DNA of 55,112 bases from an uncultured Burkholderiales Genera incertae sedis bacterium (GTDB lineage Bacteria > Pseudomonadota > Gammaproteobacteria > Burkholderiales > Eutrophovitaceae): positions 1 through 55,112 of the forward strand of contig CAJQIK010000028.1 in the NCBI GenBank assembly GCA_905478365.1, written 5' to 3'. Below, one piece after another: positions 18,722 to 29,457 of this stretch. The notes beneath the pieces were generated by a model that was given only the letters and a program-made list of their open reading frames with translations, was not told the origin of the DNA and searched no databases. Position 1 is the stretch's first letter. Every line of letters starts with the position of its first letter. The translations under genes and the position numbers were made by a program.

Positions 18722-19504
18722 TTAGTTATTTGTTTCTTTGACTTCAAACTGTACATCTCGTTTCGTAGGCCATAGGTGTTGACCGCCATCGACAATGAGG
18801 GTCGAGCCTGTTACCGCATTCGCGTTTAAAAGATATTTTACGGCGCTGACAATATCCTCAGGTGTAGAGCTTTTTCCGAGAGGGGCTAGTTTATGCGCTT
18901 TTTCAAAACCTGAATCGGTTTGTTCTCCGCTTGGTAAAGTGATGCCAGGAGCCAACCCACACACACGTAAATTTGGTCCTAACGAAGAAGCCAAAAGTTT
19001 TGTGGCAGCTTCTAGGGAGACTTTACTGAGTGTATAAGAGAAAAAGTCCGAATTTAGGTTATGCGTTTTTTGGTCCAAGAGGTTAATAACGCATCCTTGT
19101 TTGTCTTGAGGAATTTGTTTGGCGAATTCAGAGATTAAGAGCAATGGTGCGTACAAGTTTACAGCCATGTGCTGTTCTAAATTGAAGCGATTAAATTGTT
19201 CGGGTGTATCGAATTTAAACATGGAAGCATTATTGATTAGGCTGTGAATGTCGCCCAGTTCTTCTCTGGCCGCTTCTATTAGCTCAAGAGTGTTGTCTTC
19301 CATGGCTAAGTTCGCCTTGATGGCGGCACTTTTCACGCCCATATTTCTGAGGTTTTGCACTAAATCGATGGCTTGAGGTTCTGACTCGTTATAGTGTATC
19401 GCCACGTTCCAACCATCTTTAGCCAGACTCAGGGCAATATACTTTCCGATGCGCGTGGCGCCACCAGTGATCAAAACGGTTTTACTTTCTGTTTGTGTCA
19501 TCAT
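18722..19504 (-). CDS. SDR-family oxidoreductase (pteridine-reductase/FolM-like by context)
   Basis: 260 aa. VLITGGATRIGKYIA (TGxxxRIG as in pteridine reductases), NNAS, and YTLSK (YxxxK). It lies immediately upstream of folB in the same orientation. Confidence 0.72.
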   Translation of the reverse strand: MMTQTESKTVLITGGATRIGKYIALSLAKDGWNVAIHYNESEPQAIDLVQNLRNMGVKSAAIKANLAMEDNTLELIEAAREELGDIHSLINNASMFKFDTPEQFNRFNLEQHMAVNLYAPLLLISEFAKQIPQDKQGCVINLLDQKTHNLNSDFFSYTLSKVSLEAATKLLASSLGPNLRVCGLAPGITLPSGEQTDSGFEKAHKLAPLGKSSTPEDIVSAVKYLLNANAVTGSTLIVDGGQHLWPTKRDVQFEVKETNN

Positions 19505-19628
19505 TTATTAAACTTACGGCCTAAAATATTACCCATATGGTTGCGAGGAAGTGTGCTCGTTAATTGCGACAATCCTTCGTTGGCTGTCTTTAGCATACAT
19601 CCGTCGAGATCTAAGGAATAATGGATAA

Positions 19629-20759
19629 ATGACAGAAGACTTATCAGATCAAGCTTCAATCCTCGTTATGCTTAAAATGCGCCTAGCCGAAGAGAACAAT
19701 TGGCTCGACTTCGCCTCGTTTATGCACCACGCACTGTTCGACGGTACATACGGTTATTACATGCGCGATACGTATAAATTTGGATCACGGGGAGATTTTA
19801 TCACTGCGCCAGAGATTAGCGATCTTTTTGGTAGGACAGTTGCGAGACAATGTGCACAAATTTTAAAAATGACCGGTGGAAGCATCTTAGAGCTGGGCGG
19901 TGGTAGCGGTGTTCTTGGGGCCGATATTCTTTGTGAGTTAGATAGGATCGATTGCACTTTAAATGAGTATTTATTGTTTGAACCGAGCGCGGCACTTACT
20001 GAACGACAAAAGGATCGCATTGCTCGTCTTACACCGAAAATTAGGAGTAAAGTACGGTGGGTTAGTGAGTTGCCACAAAATTTTAACGGGGTAATTTTGG
20101 CTAATGAAGTATTTGATGCACTTCCCGTTCATGTGCTGTCGTTAAATGCTGATGGTTGGCAAGAACGAGGGGTCGCTGTAGAAAATGAATTTTTGTCTTG
20201 GCAAGACCGACCTATTGAGGATCAAAGTTTATATCAGGCTATTGATGGCCTAGACTTAGATGCTCCTTACGTTACCGAGGTTTGTTTAGCGGCGAACGGG
20301 CTTGTGAACGATTTATCGAGTAGCCTGAATTTTGGGGCGATCCTTGCTTTTGATTATGGCTATGAACGTTCTAATTACTATCATCCGGATCGCAGAGAAG
20401 GTACGCTAAGCTGTCATTATCAACATAAAGTAGACTATGATCCCCTAGAGCAACCAGGGGATAAAGATATTACTGCCCATGTCGACTTCACGAGACTTGC
20501 GCATGCGGCGCACGATGCTAACTTAGAGGTCGCAGGATATGTGAACCAAGCGGATTTTTTGGTGAATTGTGGCATTACGAACATATTAGAATCGTTCGAT
20601 CCCAACCATTTGGATACTTATTTGCCTGCTGCGTCGGCCGCTCAAAAATTATTGTCCCCGAGCGTTATGGGAGATATGTTCAAGGTAATATCCCTAACCC
20701 GAGGAATCAATGAGCCGTTATTTGGTTTTAGCCACAGGGATAGGCGACACATGCTATGA
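19629..20759 (+). CDS. Class I SAM-dependent methyltransferase, DUF185/MidA (NDUFAF7-like) family
   Basis: 376 aa. GDFITAPEISDLFG, ILELGGGSGVLGADIL (SAM motif I), ANEVFDALPV. Confidence 0.8.
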   Translation: MTEDLSDQASILVMLKMRLAEENNWLDFASFMHHALFDGTYGYYMRDTYKFGSRGDFITAPEISDLFGRTVARQCAQILKMTGGSILELGGGSGVLGADILCELDRIDCTLNEYLLFEPSAALTERQKDRIARLTPKIRSKVRWVSELPQNFNGVILANEVFDALPVHVLSLNADGWQERGVAVENEFLSWQDRPIEDQSLYQAIDGLDLDAPYVTEVCLAANGLVNDLSSSLNFGAILAFDYGYERSNYYHPDRREGTLSCHYQHKVDYDPLEQPGDKDITAHVDFTRLAHAAHDANLEVAGYVNQADFLVNCGITNILESFDPNHLDTYLPAASAAQKLLSPSVMGDMFKVISLTRGINEPLFGFSHRDRRHML

Positions 20760-22129
20760 CAACGAAAAGTGAAACACATATCCATATTTTAGGAATTTGT
20801 GGCAGCTTTATGGGCGGTTTGGCTGTTATTGCAAAGCAGGCAGGATTTAAAGTCACCGGTTGTGATGAGGGGGTGTATCCGCCCATGAGTTTGCAGCTTG
20901 AATCGATGGGAATTGATCTTGTAGAGGGTTGGGGTGTTGATCAACTTGCGCTAGAGCCTGACCTTTATGTCATTGGTAACGTGGTGTCTCGAGGGAATCC
21001 TTTAATGGAGGAAATACTCGATCGTAATTTACCGTACACGTCAGGGCCCCAGTGGTTATATCAGTCAGTTTTAGCGACTAAATGGGTTTTGGCTGTCGCC
21101 GGCACGCATGGGAAGACTACCACTACGGCTATGTTAGCCACGATTCTTGATTCTGCTGGATTGAACCCAAGTTTTTTGGTGGGCGGCGTACCAGTTGATT
21201 TTGGTTTTTCGTCAAGATTAACTGAGTCTAATTTCTTTGTAATTGAGGCTGACGAATACGACACAGCTTTTTTCGATAAGCGATCTAAATTTTTACATTA
21301 TCATCCGCGAACATTAATCTTGAATAATCTTGAGTACGATCACGCCGATATTTTCCCAAATTTGGAAGCAATAGAGACACAATTTCATCATTTAATACGA
21401 ACAGTCCCAAATTCAGGGGCAATAATTATTAATCAAACTAGCGAGGCGCTGAATCGTATGATTCAGCGTGGATGTTGGTCCGAAATCATTCCGTATGGCG
21501 TAACTGAGCATTGGGCGCACCAAAGCACAGACTCTGGTGATCGCGTAGATATACTGAATAACCTTCAACTTCAAGGGACGTACAAACCAGAATTTTTTGG
21601 CGGCCATAATTTGGATAATGCTTTGGCCGCCCTATTGGCCGCTCAGCATTGTGGCGTACCGATTGAGATTGGACTGAGGGCATTAGAAAATTTCTGTGGC
21701 GTGAGACGCCGATTGGAGCTTCGCGGCGAGGTCAACAATATTAAGGTTTATGATGATTTCGCTCATCATCCAACAGCAATACAGTCGACCATCATGGCCG
21801 TCAAGCAACGGGAACCTGAAGCAAGGATACTAGCCGTTTTTGAGCCGCGTTCTAACAGTATGAAAATGGGGCATCATAATGAATCCTTGCCCGCTAGCTT
21901 GGATACTGCGGACCTTGTTTATTGCTATACGGCGGGTCTAGATTGGCATGCGACTGAATTGTTTAGCCCTCTGGGTGATAAGGTGAGTTTATTTGACGAC
22001 ATATCAATGATGATCCGAACGATTGTGAATAGCGCGCTCCCGGGGGATTTCATATTGATAATGAGTAATGGGGGATTTCAGAACATTCATGAAAAAGTCA
22101 TAGAGCTTTTAGGGTCGAAAGTAAACTAA
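20756..22129 (+). CDS. mpl: UDP-N-acetylmuramate:L-alanyl-gamma-D-glutamyl-meso-diaminopimelate ligase (murein peptide ligase)
   Basis: 457 aa. HILGICGSFMGGLA...GCDEGVYPPMS, AVAGTHGKTTT, and EADEYDTAFFDKRSKF, typical of Mpl. It overlaps the upstream gene by 4 nt. Confidence 0.9.
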   Translation: MTTKSETHIHILGICGSFMGGLAVIAKQAGFKVTGCDEGVYPPMSLQLESMGIDLVEGWGVDQLALEPDLYVIGNVVSRGNPLMEEILDRNLPYTSGPQWLYQSVLATKWVLAVAGTHGKTTTTAMLATILDSAGLNPSFLVGGVPVDFGFSSRLTESNFFVIEADEYDTAFFDKRSKFLHYHPRTLILNNLEYDHADIFPNLEAIETQFHHLIRTVPNSGAIIINQTSEALNRMIQRGCWSEIIPYGVTEHWAHQSTDSGDRVDILNNLQLQGTYKPEFFGGHNLDNALAALLAAQHCGVPIEIGLRALENFCGVRRRLELRGEVNNIKVYDDFAHHPTAIQSTIMAVKQREPEARILAVFEPRSNSMKMGHHNESLPASLDTADLVYCYTAGLDWHATELFSPLGDKVSLFDDISMMIRTIVNSALPGDFILIMSNGGFQNIHEKVIELLGSKVN

Positions 22130-22716
22130 TGAAACTTATAATCTATGCACATGGTTTCAATAGTTCGTCCTCTTCATATAAAGCTCGGCTTATACAACGC
22201 CTAATTCGAGAGCAAGGCTCGCATGTTGACTTTTGGTGTCCCAACCTGCCTCATTGGCCTAAAGAGGCAGTGGCCGTTTTGAGGAATAAAATCAAGACAG
22301 TCTCCATCGACGAAGTGGTGTTAGTCGGTAGCTCTTTAGGTGGATTTTATGCAACTTACCTTTCGGAGCAGCTAGGGTGTAGATCCATTGTAATCAATCC
22401 CGCAATTACTCCTCATATTGGATTAAAAAATTATGTAGGTCTTCAAAAAAATCTTTATACCAACGAGGAATACGAGTTTACAAATCAGCATTTGGAGCAG
22501 CTTGAGATTATGTATACCCCTAAGCTTGAAAACCCCAAGAGGTTGCTTCTTATGCATACCACTGGCGATGAGCTTTTAGATTGGAGGGTTGCGCTGCAAT
22601 TCTACAAAGATTCAAAGCGGCTAATAGTCTCTGGAAGTGACCATGGGTTTAGTAATTTTGAAGATTACGTTGATATCGTCTTATCACATACAAGTTGCGT
22701 GCCGTTATCGAACTGA
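22129..22716 (+). CDS. YqiA/YcfP-family alpha/beta hydrolase (esterase)
   Basis: 195 aa. IIYAHGFNSSSSSYKA and the nucleophile elbow LVGSSLGG. The ATG overlaps the mpl stop (TAATG). Confidence 0.7.
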   Translation: MKLIIYAHGFNSSSSSYKARLIQRLIREQGSHVDFWCPNLPHWPKEAVAVLRNKIKTVSIDEVVLVGSSLGGFYATYLSEQLGCRSIVINPAITPHIGLKNYVGLQKNLYTNEEYEFTNQHLEQLEIMYTPKLENPKRLLLMHTTGDELLDWRVALQFYKDSKRLIVSGSDHGFSNFEDYVDIVLSHTSCVPLSN

Positions 22717-22761
22717 TAACGGATGAATATTTGTTAAATAATAGTTGAAGGCAAACCTTAA

Positions 22762-24597
22762 GTGAATTTATTGTATCTGGAGTCGGGAGCTCTGAAGGTT
22801 GGACGGGTCTTGAAGGAGGCTGGAGCCTCTTTTCAGGTTCAAAGCCAATTCGGGAAAAAAATTAAAGTTAAAGCGAATCACGTGTTTTTCTTTTTTGATC
22901 ATGCGGACCCTGATGAGTTTTTTAATTCTTCGCAAGAGCTTGCAAAAACTATCGACCCTGATTTGCTCTGGGAGGCTTTCGATGGTGTCGAACATGATTA
23001 TTCAGTAGCGGCGAAAGTATTTTACGGCGATTCTATTACAAAGGAGCAGGAAGCCAGCGTATTAAAAGTTCTATTTGATTACCCCACGCATTTTTACAAA
23101 AAGGGGCATGGAAATTTTAAGCCTGCTACCCCAGACTCATTGAGATCTGCTAAAGCGTCCTTGGAACTTAAGAAAGAGCGTGAAATTTTATTTGGACGCT
23201 ACGTAGAGCAATTATGTGACTTTGTAGTGCCGGACGAATTTGTTGAAAAATTACCGCGGTTGTTATTTAGTCCAGATAAAAATGAATTAGAGGAAAAAGC
23301 GGTTGAGCAGGCATGTGTGAATTTAAAAATAGGAAGGCGCGGACTTTTCTCGAGACTATCTGTCATGCCCAAACCCGAAGATTTTCATGTGAGTCAGTTT
23401 TTATATGATCAATTTAATAATGCTCCAGAACACCGAAACAATAAGCGAATCGACGACGTAGAGGACTTACTAGCAGGCCCAGCGACCGCATTTAGCATTG
23501 ATGATGCGTCTACGACGGAAATTGATGACGCGTTCACTTTAACTGAGGATAACGATGGAGGCTGGAGGCTCGGTATACACATTGCTGCACCTGGACTGAG
23601 TATCAAGACGGGTTCGCCATTGGATGAAGAGTTACGATCAAGAATGTCGACGGTATATCATCCTGCCGGTAAAATCACTATGTCACCCCCTAAAATTGTT
23701 GAGCAATTTAGTTTGTCTCAGGGAAACACAGTGCCGGTTGTATCGTTTTATGCGGACGTAGATTCTGAGTGTGTCGTAACTAATACTGAGTCGAGAATTG
23801 AAGCCCTTAAAGTCAAAGATAATTTGGATTTGGCTATTATTGATGAGTATTTTGATCCTGATTTAGGCGTTAATCAAACAGCGGATTGTCCTAGAGGTCG
23901 TGAATTATATTTGCTGTACGAGCTTGCGATCAGGTTACGGGGGTTGAGAGGAGAGAATCACACTCATGTTCATCGAAAAGAATACAGCTTTGATGTCCAA
24001 GGTGATCTCGTCTCAATCATACCGCGAAAACGTGGATCGCCAGTAGATGTGATTGTTTCAGAGTTGATGATATTTGCAAATAGCTCTTGGGGGATTCAGC
24101 TCAAGAGCGCAAATATAGCCGCGATGTATCGCGTAAAAACGAAGTCTAAAACGGGCCTGTCTACTGTGCCCTTACCTCATGAGACGATGGGGTTGGAAGC
24201 ATATGCCTGGGTCAGCAGCCCTTTGAGACGTTATGTTGATTTGGTTAATCAGCGTCAACTAATCTCGCATCTTTTATCTTATGAGCCCACATACAGTAAC
24301 ACTAGCGAGGATTTGAACAGTATCGTTTCTGATTTTGAAACTAAGTACGCGCAATATGCTGATTTTCAGCGGTCAATGGAGCGTTTTTGGTGTTTAAAGT
24401 GGGTACAACAGACAGACCAGCGGGAATTTGAAGCTGAAGTACTGCGCGAAAACTTAGTCCGTTTGGATATCATTCCATTGGTGTGCAAGGTTAACAACAT
24501 GACTGAAACTAACGTTGGGGGGAAGGTTCTGATCAGAATATTAGATATTAATTTATTTGATAATTTTGCTACTTCTGAGTGGATTAAAAATCTGTGA
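22762..24597 (+). CDS. RNB-domain exoribonuclease (RNase II/R family)
   Basis: 611 aa with a GTG start. RNB motif FSIDDASTTEIDDAF and the later SSPLRRYVDLVNQRQL motif are present. Confidence 0.8.
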   Translation: MNLLYLESGALKVGRVLKEAGASFQVQSQFGKKIKVKANHVFFFFDHADPDEFFNSSQELAKTIDPDLLWEAFDGVEHDYSVAAKVFYGDSITKEQEASVLKVLFDYPTHFYKKGHGNFKPATPDSLRSAKASLELKKEREILFGRYVEQLCDFVVPDEFVEKLPRLLFSPDKNELEEKAVEQACVNLKIGRRGLFSRLSVMPKPEDFHVSQFLYDQFNNAPEHRNNKRIDDVEDLLAGPATAFSIDDASTTEIDDAFTLTEDNDGGWRLGIHIAAPGLSIKTGSPLDEELRSRMSTVYHPAGKITMSPPKIVEQFSLSQGNTVPVVSFYADVDSECVVTNTESRIEALKVKDNLDLAIIDEYFDPDLGVNQTADCPRGRELYLLYELAIRLRGLRGENHTHVHRKEYSFDVQGDLVSIIPRKRGSPVDVIVSELMIFANSSWGIQLKSANIAAMYRVKTKSKTGLSTVPLPHETMGLEAYAWVSSPLRRYVDLVNQRQLISHLLSYEPTYSNTSEDLNSIVSDFETKYAQYADFQRSMERFWCLKWVQQTDQREFEAEVLRENLVRLDIIPLVCKVNNMTETNVGGKVLIRILDINLFDNFATSEWIKNL

Positions 24598-24672
24598 CTT
24601 GTAAGTGATAAATCAACCACGTAATCTTCCATTGTGCAAATCGAATTCCGATAAATAGCGACTCACTCAAGT

Positions 24673-25557
24673 ATGCAATTTAATCGACGAGCTGGTAAAG
24701 GGGTAATTTTTAAGCCCTCTAAAAAAATGGCTGTAGCCCTGGTTGGATCGGTGTTTGCCCACATAATGCTATTGTCGATTCACATCGCTGAAACAACCTT
24801 TGGTCCCCGTTTGGCTTCAGCTGATTTGGACGTCATTCTTGTTAATAGTCAATCACAGAGGCAGGTAAATGTAGTCGATGCGCTTGCCCAGGTCAGTTTG
24901 CAGGGTGGAGGGAATACGGACGCTAACGTTATGGCTTCGAGTAGCCGCCCGGTTGAGGCTTTGACTAAAATGGAGCGAAGTGTGAAGTTAGCGGGTCGTC
25001 GCGTCGACCAATTGGAGCGCTCCGTTCATAAGCTTTTAGTAATGAACCAGGAGCGCGCGACGTTAGATTTAGACATTATCACTAGTGAAAAAAAGCCACA
25101 AAATGCTACCGAATCTGATGTCACCATTAATTTACCTGATGAGCCAGCCGCTAATCACTTACGAGCCAAAATTGATAAAAAGTGGATGAATTATCAAAAG
25201 CGGCCGAAGCGCAAATTTATTGGTGCGAACGTACGGGAGGCGGAGTTCGCCACCTATGTAGAACGATGGAGACAAAGGATAGAAGATTTCGGTAGTCGAT
25301 ACTATTCACAAGATATAAATGAGCAAAGACTCGAAGGGGCAATGGTAGTTACGGTATCGATTCGCGCTGATGGTACAGTGGAAAAGGTGCTGATTGACAG
25401 GTCTTCTGGATTAGATCTTCTGGATCGGGTGGCGACAGAGATCGTGCAACGATCTGCGCCTTTTGACTCTTTTGACTCTAAATTAAGTGCGAAATTTGAT
25501 GTTCTTTCTATCACTCGACAATGGTCGTTTAAGAAGAATGATCTTGATTTAAAGTAA
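24673..25557 (+). CDS. TonB C-terminal-domain protein (membrane-anchored, TonB-family-like)
   Basis: 294 aa. One N-terminal TM helix (MAVALVGSVFAHIMLLSIHI). The C-terminal segment GAMVVTVSIRADGTVEKVLIDRSSGLDLLDRVATEIVQRSAPF resembles the TonB_C fold. It lacks a Pro-rich spacer, and no exbBD genes are adjacent. Confidence 0.6.
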   Translation: MQFNRRAGKGVIFKPSKKMAVALVGSVFAHIMLLSIHIAETTFGPRLASADLDVILVNSQSQRQVNVVDALAQVSLQGGGNTDANVMASSSRPVEALTKMERSVKLAGRRVDQLERSVHKLLVMNQERATLDLDIITSEKKPQNATESDVTINLPDEPAANHLRAKIDKKWMNYQKRPKRKFIGANVREAEFATYVERWRQRIEDFGSRYYSQDINEQRLEGAMVVTVSIRADGTVEKVLIDRSSGLDLLDRVATEIVQRSAPFDSFDSKLSAKFDVLSITRQWSFKKNDLDLK

Positions 25558-25566
25558 GGAAAATAA

Positions 25567-26403
25567 ATGGTAGAGCCTGGTCAATATGTTGTTATTGGGA
25601 ATCCAATTGAACACAGCAAATCTCCGCAAATTCATTCAATGTTTGCTCGACAAACCGGGATTTCGATTGAGTACAAAAAACTTCTGTGCCCCATTGGCGA
25701 TTTCTCAAAAGTTGTCAGTGAATTTTTTGCGTCAGGCGGTCGCGGGGCTAACGTGACCGTCCCATTTAAGTTGGAGGCATACAAATTTTCGACGCTTCGA
25801 TCGAGTCGGGTAGAACACGCTCAAGCTGCAAACACGCTGATTAATAACAATGGAGTAATTACGGCCGAAAATACTGACGGAATTGGTTTGGTTCGAGACA
25901 TTATTGGTAATTTGAAATATCCCATCTCGAATAAATCCGTTTTAATCGTGGGGGCCGGTGGGGCGACGCGTGGTGTCTTACTGCCGATTCTTAATGAAGG
26001 CCCTAAAGCAATTACGGTGGTTAATCGAACGAAAGAAAAAGCCCATCAGCTAATTAAGACGATCGAGACTGAGGCTAGTGATTTGTCTGTCGATTTAGCT
26101 TCAGGAGGATTGCTCGACCTGAATGACGGTCAGTTTGACTTGGTCGTGAATGCCACATCAAGCAGCTTGAGTGATGAAGCATTTCCACTGAGCACGAATA
26201 TTTTAAGTAGTAAGGCTCTGGCTTATGACATGATGTACGGTAAAGAGGAAACGTCTTTTACCAGATGGGCGTATACAGCTAAGGCGTATAAAACTGTAGA
26301 CGGTCTCGGTATGTTGGTTGAACAGGCCGCTGAATCCTTTGCTCTATGGTGTGGCGAGCTTCCCGATACGCGCACAGTGATGGAGACACTGCGGTCGGAA
26401 TGA
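25567..26403 (+). CDS. aroE: Shikimate dehydrogenase
   Basis: 278 aa. VIGNPIEHSKSPQIHSMF, ANVTVPFK, NTDGIGLVRD, GAGGATRG. Confidence 0.92.
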   Translation: MVEPGQYVVIGNPIEHSKSPQIHSMFARQTGISIEYKKLLCPIGDFSKVVSEFFASGGRGANVTVPFKLEAYKFSTLRSSRVEHAQAANTLINNNGVITAENTDGIGLVRDIIGNLKYPISNKSVLIVGAGGATRGVLLPILNEGPKAITVVNRTKEKAHQLIKTIETEASDLSVDLASGGLLDLNDGQFDLVVNATSSSLSDEAFPLSTNILSSKALAYDMMYGKEETSFTRWAYTAKAYKTVDGLGMLVEQAAESFALWCGELPDTRTVMETLRSE

Positions 26404-27086
26404 AGCGCCACTTGAGTTGGGCCTGGAGATTGTCCGGCCTAGTTATATTAGTGTTGATCGCCTTCGAGCTATGGTTTGCTGGGCGTATTTTGACTTTGAG
26501 ATGGATAGAGCCAGCACGCACGTCTTTTATGAGCACGTATGTTAAAGAAACCAATAAAGTGCCGAGGTACGTTTGGGTTGAGTATGAGGACATTTCTTTG
26601 CAAGTAAAAAGAGCGGTTCTTGCTTCAGAGGACGCCAAATTTACAACACACGGTGGGTTTGATTGGGATTCTTTACGTCATGCGGCTTCACAGAATGTGA
26701 AACACGGGAGGATTGTTTCTGGTGGCTCCACTATCACGCAACAGCTAGCGAAGAATTTGTTTTTATCTCCAACCCGGTCTATTTGGAGAAAGGCACAAGA
26801 ATCGATTGTCGCGGTGATGTTAGAGATTATGTTACCCAAGCAAAGAATTTTTGAAATCTATCTTAATGTTATTGAGTGGGGTCGAGGCATCTATGGTATT
26901 GAGGCGGCAGCCAACCATTATTTTAATCAAAGGGCTAAAGACCTGACTGAATATCAGGCAGCAATATTGGCCTCTTACATTCCCGCGCCTAGGAGGCATC
27001 ATGTGATTGGTGACACCGAGCAGTCACTTAGAAAAGTAAAAGTTATTCGTGGCAGAATGATGCAGATTAAACTTCCTAACAAGTAA
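26400..27086 (+). CDS. mtgA: Monofunctional biosynthetic peptidoglycan transglycosylase
   Basis: The ATG at 26400 overlaps the aroE stop (ATGA) and gives MKRHLSWAWRLSGLVILVLIAF... GT51 motifs ASEDAKFTTHGGFDW, GGSTITQQLAKNLFL and RKAQE are present. The longer ORF from 26346 lies inside aroE. Confidence 0.9.
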   Translation: MKRHLSWAWRLSGLVILVLIAFELWFAGRILTLRWIEPARTSFMSTYVKETNKVPRYVWVEYEDISLQVKRAVLASEDAKFTTHGGFDWDSLRHAASQNVKHGRIVSGGSTITQQLAKNLFLSPTRSIWRKAQESIVAVMLEIMLPKQRIFEIYLNVIEWGRGIYGIEAAANHYFNQRAKDLTEYQAAILASYIPAPRRHHVIGDTEQSLRKVKVIRGRMMQIKLPNK

Positions 27087-27096
27087 GTCATGATTA

Positions 27097-27888
27097 ATGT
27101 TTTATCATCCTGAATTTGATCCAGTAGCGTTCCATATAGGCGCTTTAGCCGTGCGCTGGTACGGCTTGATGTATTTAATTGGATTTGCCCTTGCTTTAAT
27201 CCTCGGTCGGTCGAGAATACGTTCAAACCAAAGCTCCCCAATGTCCATTCGTGAGTTTGATGATTTGCTTTTTTATATTGTATTAGGCGTCATCATTGGA
27301 GGCCGTTTAGGGTATTCAATCATTTATGACTTAGGCAATATTCTCCAAACCCCACTATCGGTATTTTATGTATGGAAAGGCGGGATGTCATTCCACGGAG
27401 GACTTATCGGGGTATGCATTGCAGTAGTGGTTTATGCAAAGGTAAAACAAAAAAACTGGCTAGTTCTGGGAGACTTTGTGGCGCCATTAGTCCCCTTGGG
27501 TTTGGCTGCCGGTCGCGTTGGAAATTTTATAAATGGAGAGCTCTGGGGTCGCCCCACCGATATGCCCTGGGCAATAGTATTTCCGCAATCGGGTTCATTT
27601 ATCGGCAGACATCCATCGCAATTATATGAATTCTTCTTTGAGGGATTAGTACTGTTTATGATTCTCTGGGTTCTTTCAAAAAAACAACGGGCGGTCGGTG
27701 CGATATCGGGGTGTTTTTTGGTTTGTTATGGTTTCTTTCGGTTTCTTATCGAATTTATGAGGGAGCCAGACCAGCACTTAGGGCTTTTATCGCTCGGGCT
27801 GTCGATGGGCCAGTGGTTATGTGTCCCGATGGTGTTTATCGGTTTAATTCTCGTGATTCGCGTAAGACCGAGAAACGATAAGGCCTAA
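27097..27888 (+). CDS. lgt: Prolipoprotein diacylglyceryl transferase
   Basis: 263 aa. [47 protein letters not shown]. Confidence 0.95.
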   Translation: MFYHPEFDPVAFHIGALAVRWYGLMYLIGFALALILGRSRIRSNQSSPMSIREFDDLLFYIVLGVIIGGRLGYSIIYDLGNILQTPLSVFYVWKGGMSFHGGLIGVCIAVVVYAKVKQKNWLVLGDFVAPLVPLGLAAGRVGNFINGELWGRPTDMPWAIVFPQSGSFIGRHPSQLYEFFFEGLVLFMILWVLSKKQRAVGAISGCFLVCYGFFRFLIEFMREPDQHLGLLSLGLSMGQWLCVPMVFIGLILVIRVRPRNDKA

Positions 27889-27970
27889 CCCAACTGCGAT
27901 TAAAAGCTCGAATTCGAGTCTATTATTGTGACAGTTGACTTTAATAATGATTAAGAGAGGGGATTTAGCA

Positions 27971-28849
27971 ATGAAGGCTGATACGGTTATCGGCATTATC
28001 GGCGGCAGCGGTGTTTACGATGTCAAAGGTCTAGAAAATACTAAGTGGACGTCAGTGGAAAGTCCTTTTGGGGAACCCTCAGATGAGTATTTAGTGGGTG
28101 AATTTGAGGGGTTAAAAATTGTTTTTCTTCCTCGGCACGGAAGGGGACATGTTGTTTCACCGAGTCAAGTCAATTATCGGGCGAATATTGATGGTATGAA
28201 GCGGTTAGGCGTTACTGATCTAATTTCGGTGAGCGCTGTCGGTTCGTTACGTGAGGACCTTGTCCCTGGCATGTTCGTAGTTGTAGATCAATTTATCGAT
28301 AGAACTTTCGCTCGGGAAAAATCATTCTTTGGTAAAGGCTTAGTTGCTCATGTTTCAGTGGCGCACCCTGTCTGCTCTCGTCTCGGTGACCATATTGAGT
28401 CCGCGTTAAAAACAAAGGATATTGGACATGTTCGGGGCGGAACGTATCTTGTAATGGAGGGGCCGCAATTTTCAACGTTGGCGGAATCAAAGCTTTATCG
28501 ACAATGGGGTTGTGATGTTATTGGGATGACTAATATGCCAGAGGCTAAGTTAGCGCGAGAGGCAGAAATTTGTTATGCAAGCGTGGCTATGGTTACAGAT
28601 TTTGATTGTTGGCATCCTGATCACGAAGATGTTTCTGTTGAGCAAGTAATAAAAGTTCTGGTTGGCAATGCGGAAAAAGCGAAGTCATTGATTGGGGAGG
28701 TTGCCCCATTGATTCATGCGGATGACCGCGGCCCGAGCTGCAGTTGTAAGCAGGCTCTTGAGTTTGCCCTAATTACGGCACCTGATGCTCGAGATCCTAA
28801 GTTAGTTAAAAAGCTCGATGCGATTGCAGGACGTTTATTGAAATTTTAG
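27971..28849 (+). CDS. mtnP: S-methyl-5'-thioadenosine phosphorylase
   Basis: The ATG at 27971 gives MKADTVIGIIGGSGVYD... Motifs FLPRHGRGH, EGPQFSTLAES and DVIGMTNMPEAKLAREAEICYA are present, plus the C-terminal Cys-containing tail typical of MTAP. Confidence 0.88.
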   Translation: MKADTVIGIIGGSGVYDVKGLENTKWTSVESPFGEPSDEYLVGEFEGLKIVFLPRHGRGHVVSPSQVNYRANIDGMKRLGVTDLISVSAVGSLREDLVPGMFVVVDQFIDRTFAREKSFFGKGLVAHVSVAHPVCSRLGDHIESALKTKDIGHVRGGTYLVMEGPQFSTLAESKLYRQWGCDVIGMTNMPEAKLAREAEICYASVAMVTDFDCWHPDHEDVSVEQVIKVLVGNAEKAKSLIGEVAPLIHADDRGPSCSCKQALEFALITAPDARDPKLVKKLDAIAGRLLKF

Positions 28850-28914
28850 TTGGCTTTTCGAAATTTTTTTGAGAAGAAATTTTTCAATTCTAATTTGTAT
28901 GGGAAGGATGAAGC

Positions 28915-29442
28915 GTGAACCTGAGAGATTTAATAAGAACAATTCCAGACTATCCTAAGCCCGGCATCATGTTTCGCGATATCACTACTTTGCTGGGTCA
29001 TCCCGATGGGTTTAAACATACTATCCAAATGCTGGCTGATCGATACGCAGAATATAATTTTGATTATGTTGCTGGCATTGAGGCGCGTGGGTTTATCTTA
29101 GGGGCGCCTATTGCCGCCAATCTAGGCAAAGGGTTCATTCCTGTTAGAAAGGCTGGAAAGCTTCCTGGTAAGACAGTCACGCAAAGCTATGAGCTGGAAT
29201 ATGGTACTGACCAAATTGAAATCCATGTTGATGCATTTCCTAGAGGATCCAAAATATTATTGGTGGATGATTTAATTGCTACAGGAGGCACCGCAGCTGC
29301 TGCTGCTCAACTCATCGAGGGGTCTGGCGGCAAAATTGTAGAGTGTTGCTTTGTCATCGATTTACCGGATTTGGGCGGCGCAAACAAACTTGAAGCAATG
29401 GGTATGCGTGTGTTTTCCCTCGTTGGATTTGAAGGCGATTAA
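28915..29442 (+). CDS. apt: Adenine phosphoribosyltransferase
   Basis: 175 aa with a GTG start. IPDYPKPGIMFRDITTLL, IEARGFILG, and the PRPP motif LLVDDLIATGGTA. Confidence 0.95.
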   Translation: MNLRDLIRTIPDYPKPGIMFRDITTLLGHPDGFKHTIQMLADRYAEYNFDYVAGIEARGFILGAPIAANLGKGFIPVRKAGKLPGKTVTQSYELEYGTDQIEIHVDAFPRGSKILLVDDLIATGGTAAAAAQLIEGSGGKIVECCFVIDLPDLGGANKLEAMGMRVFSLVGFEGD

Positions 29443-29457
29443 CGCAATGGGTATCCA

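Noticed and set aside
24673-25557. TonB-like protein as part of a TonB-dependent uptake system
   Set aside because: No exbB/exbD or TonB-dependent receptor genes are adjacent. The protein lacks the Pro-rich spacer. It sits in what I recall as a conserved RNB-TonB_C-aroE-mtgA housekeeping arrangement, so only the domain-level call is kept.
27907-27918. Perfect 12-bp palindrome CTCGAATTCGAG between lgt and mtnP
   Set aside because: It has no loop, so it is not a terminator hairpin. It is short enough to be chance. No second copy occurs in the window.
28861-28885. Direct repeat GAAATTTTT x2, 16-nt period, upstream of apt
   Set aside because: It is a low-complexity A/T repeat in an AT-rich spacer and is likely to occur by chance. 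It has no associated palindrome or known motif.
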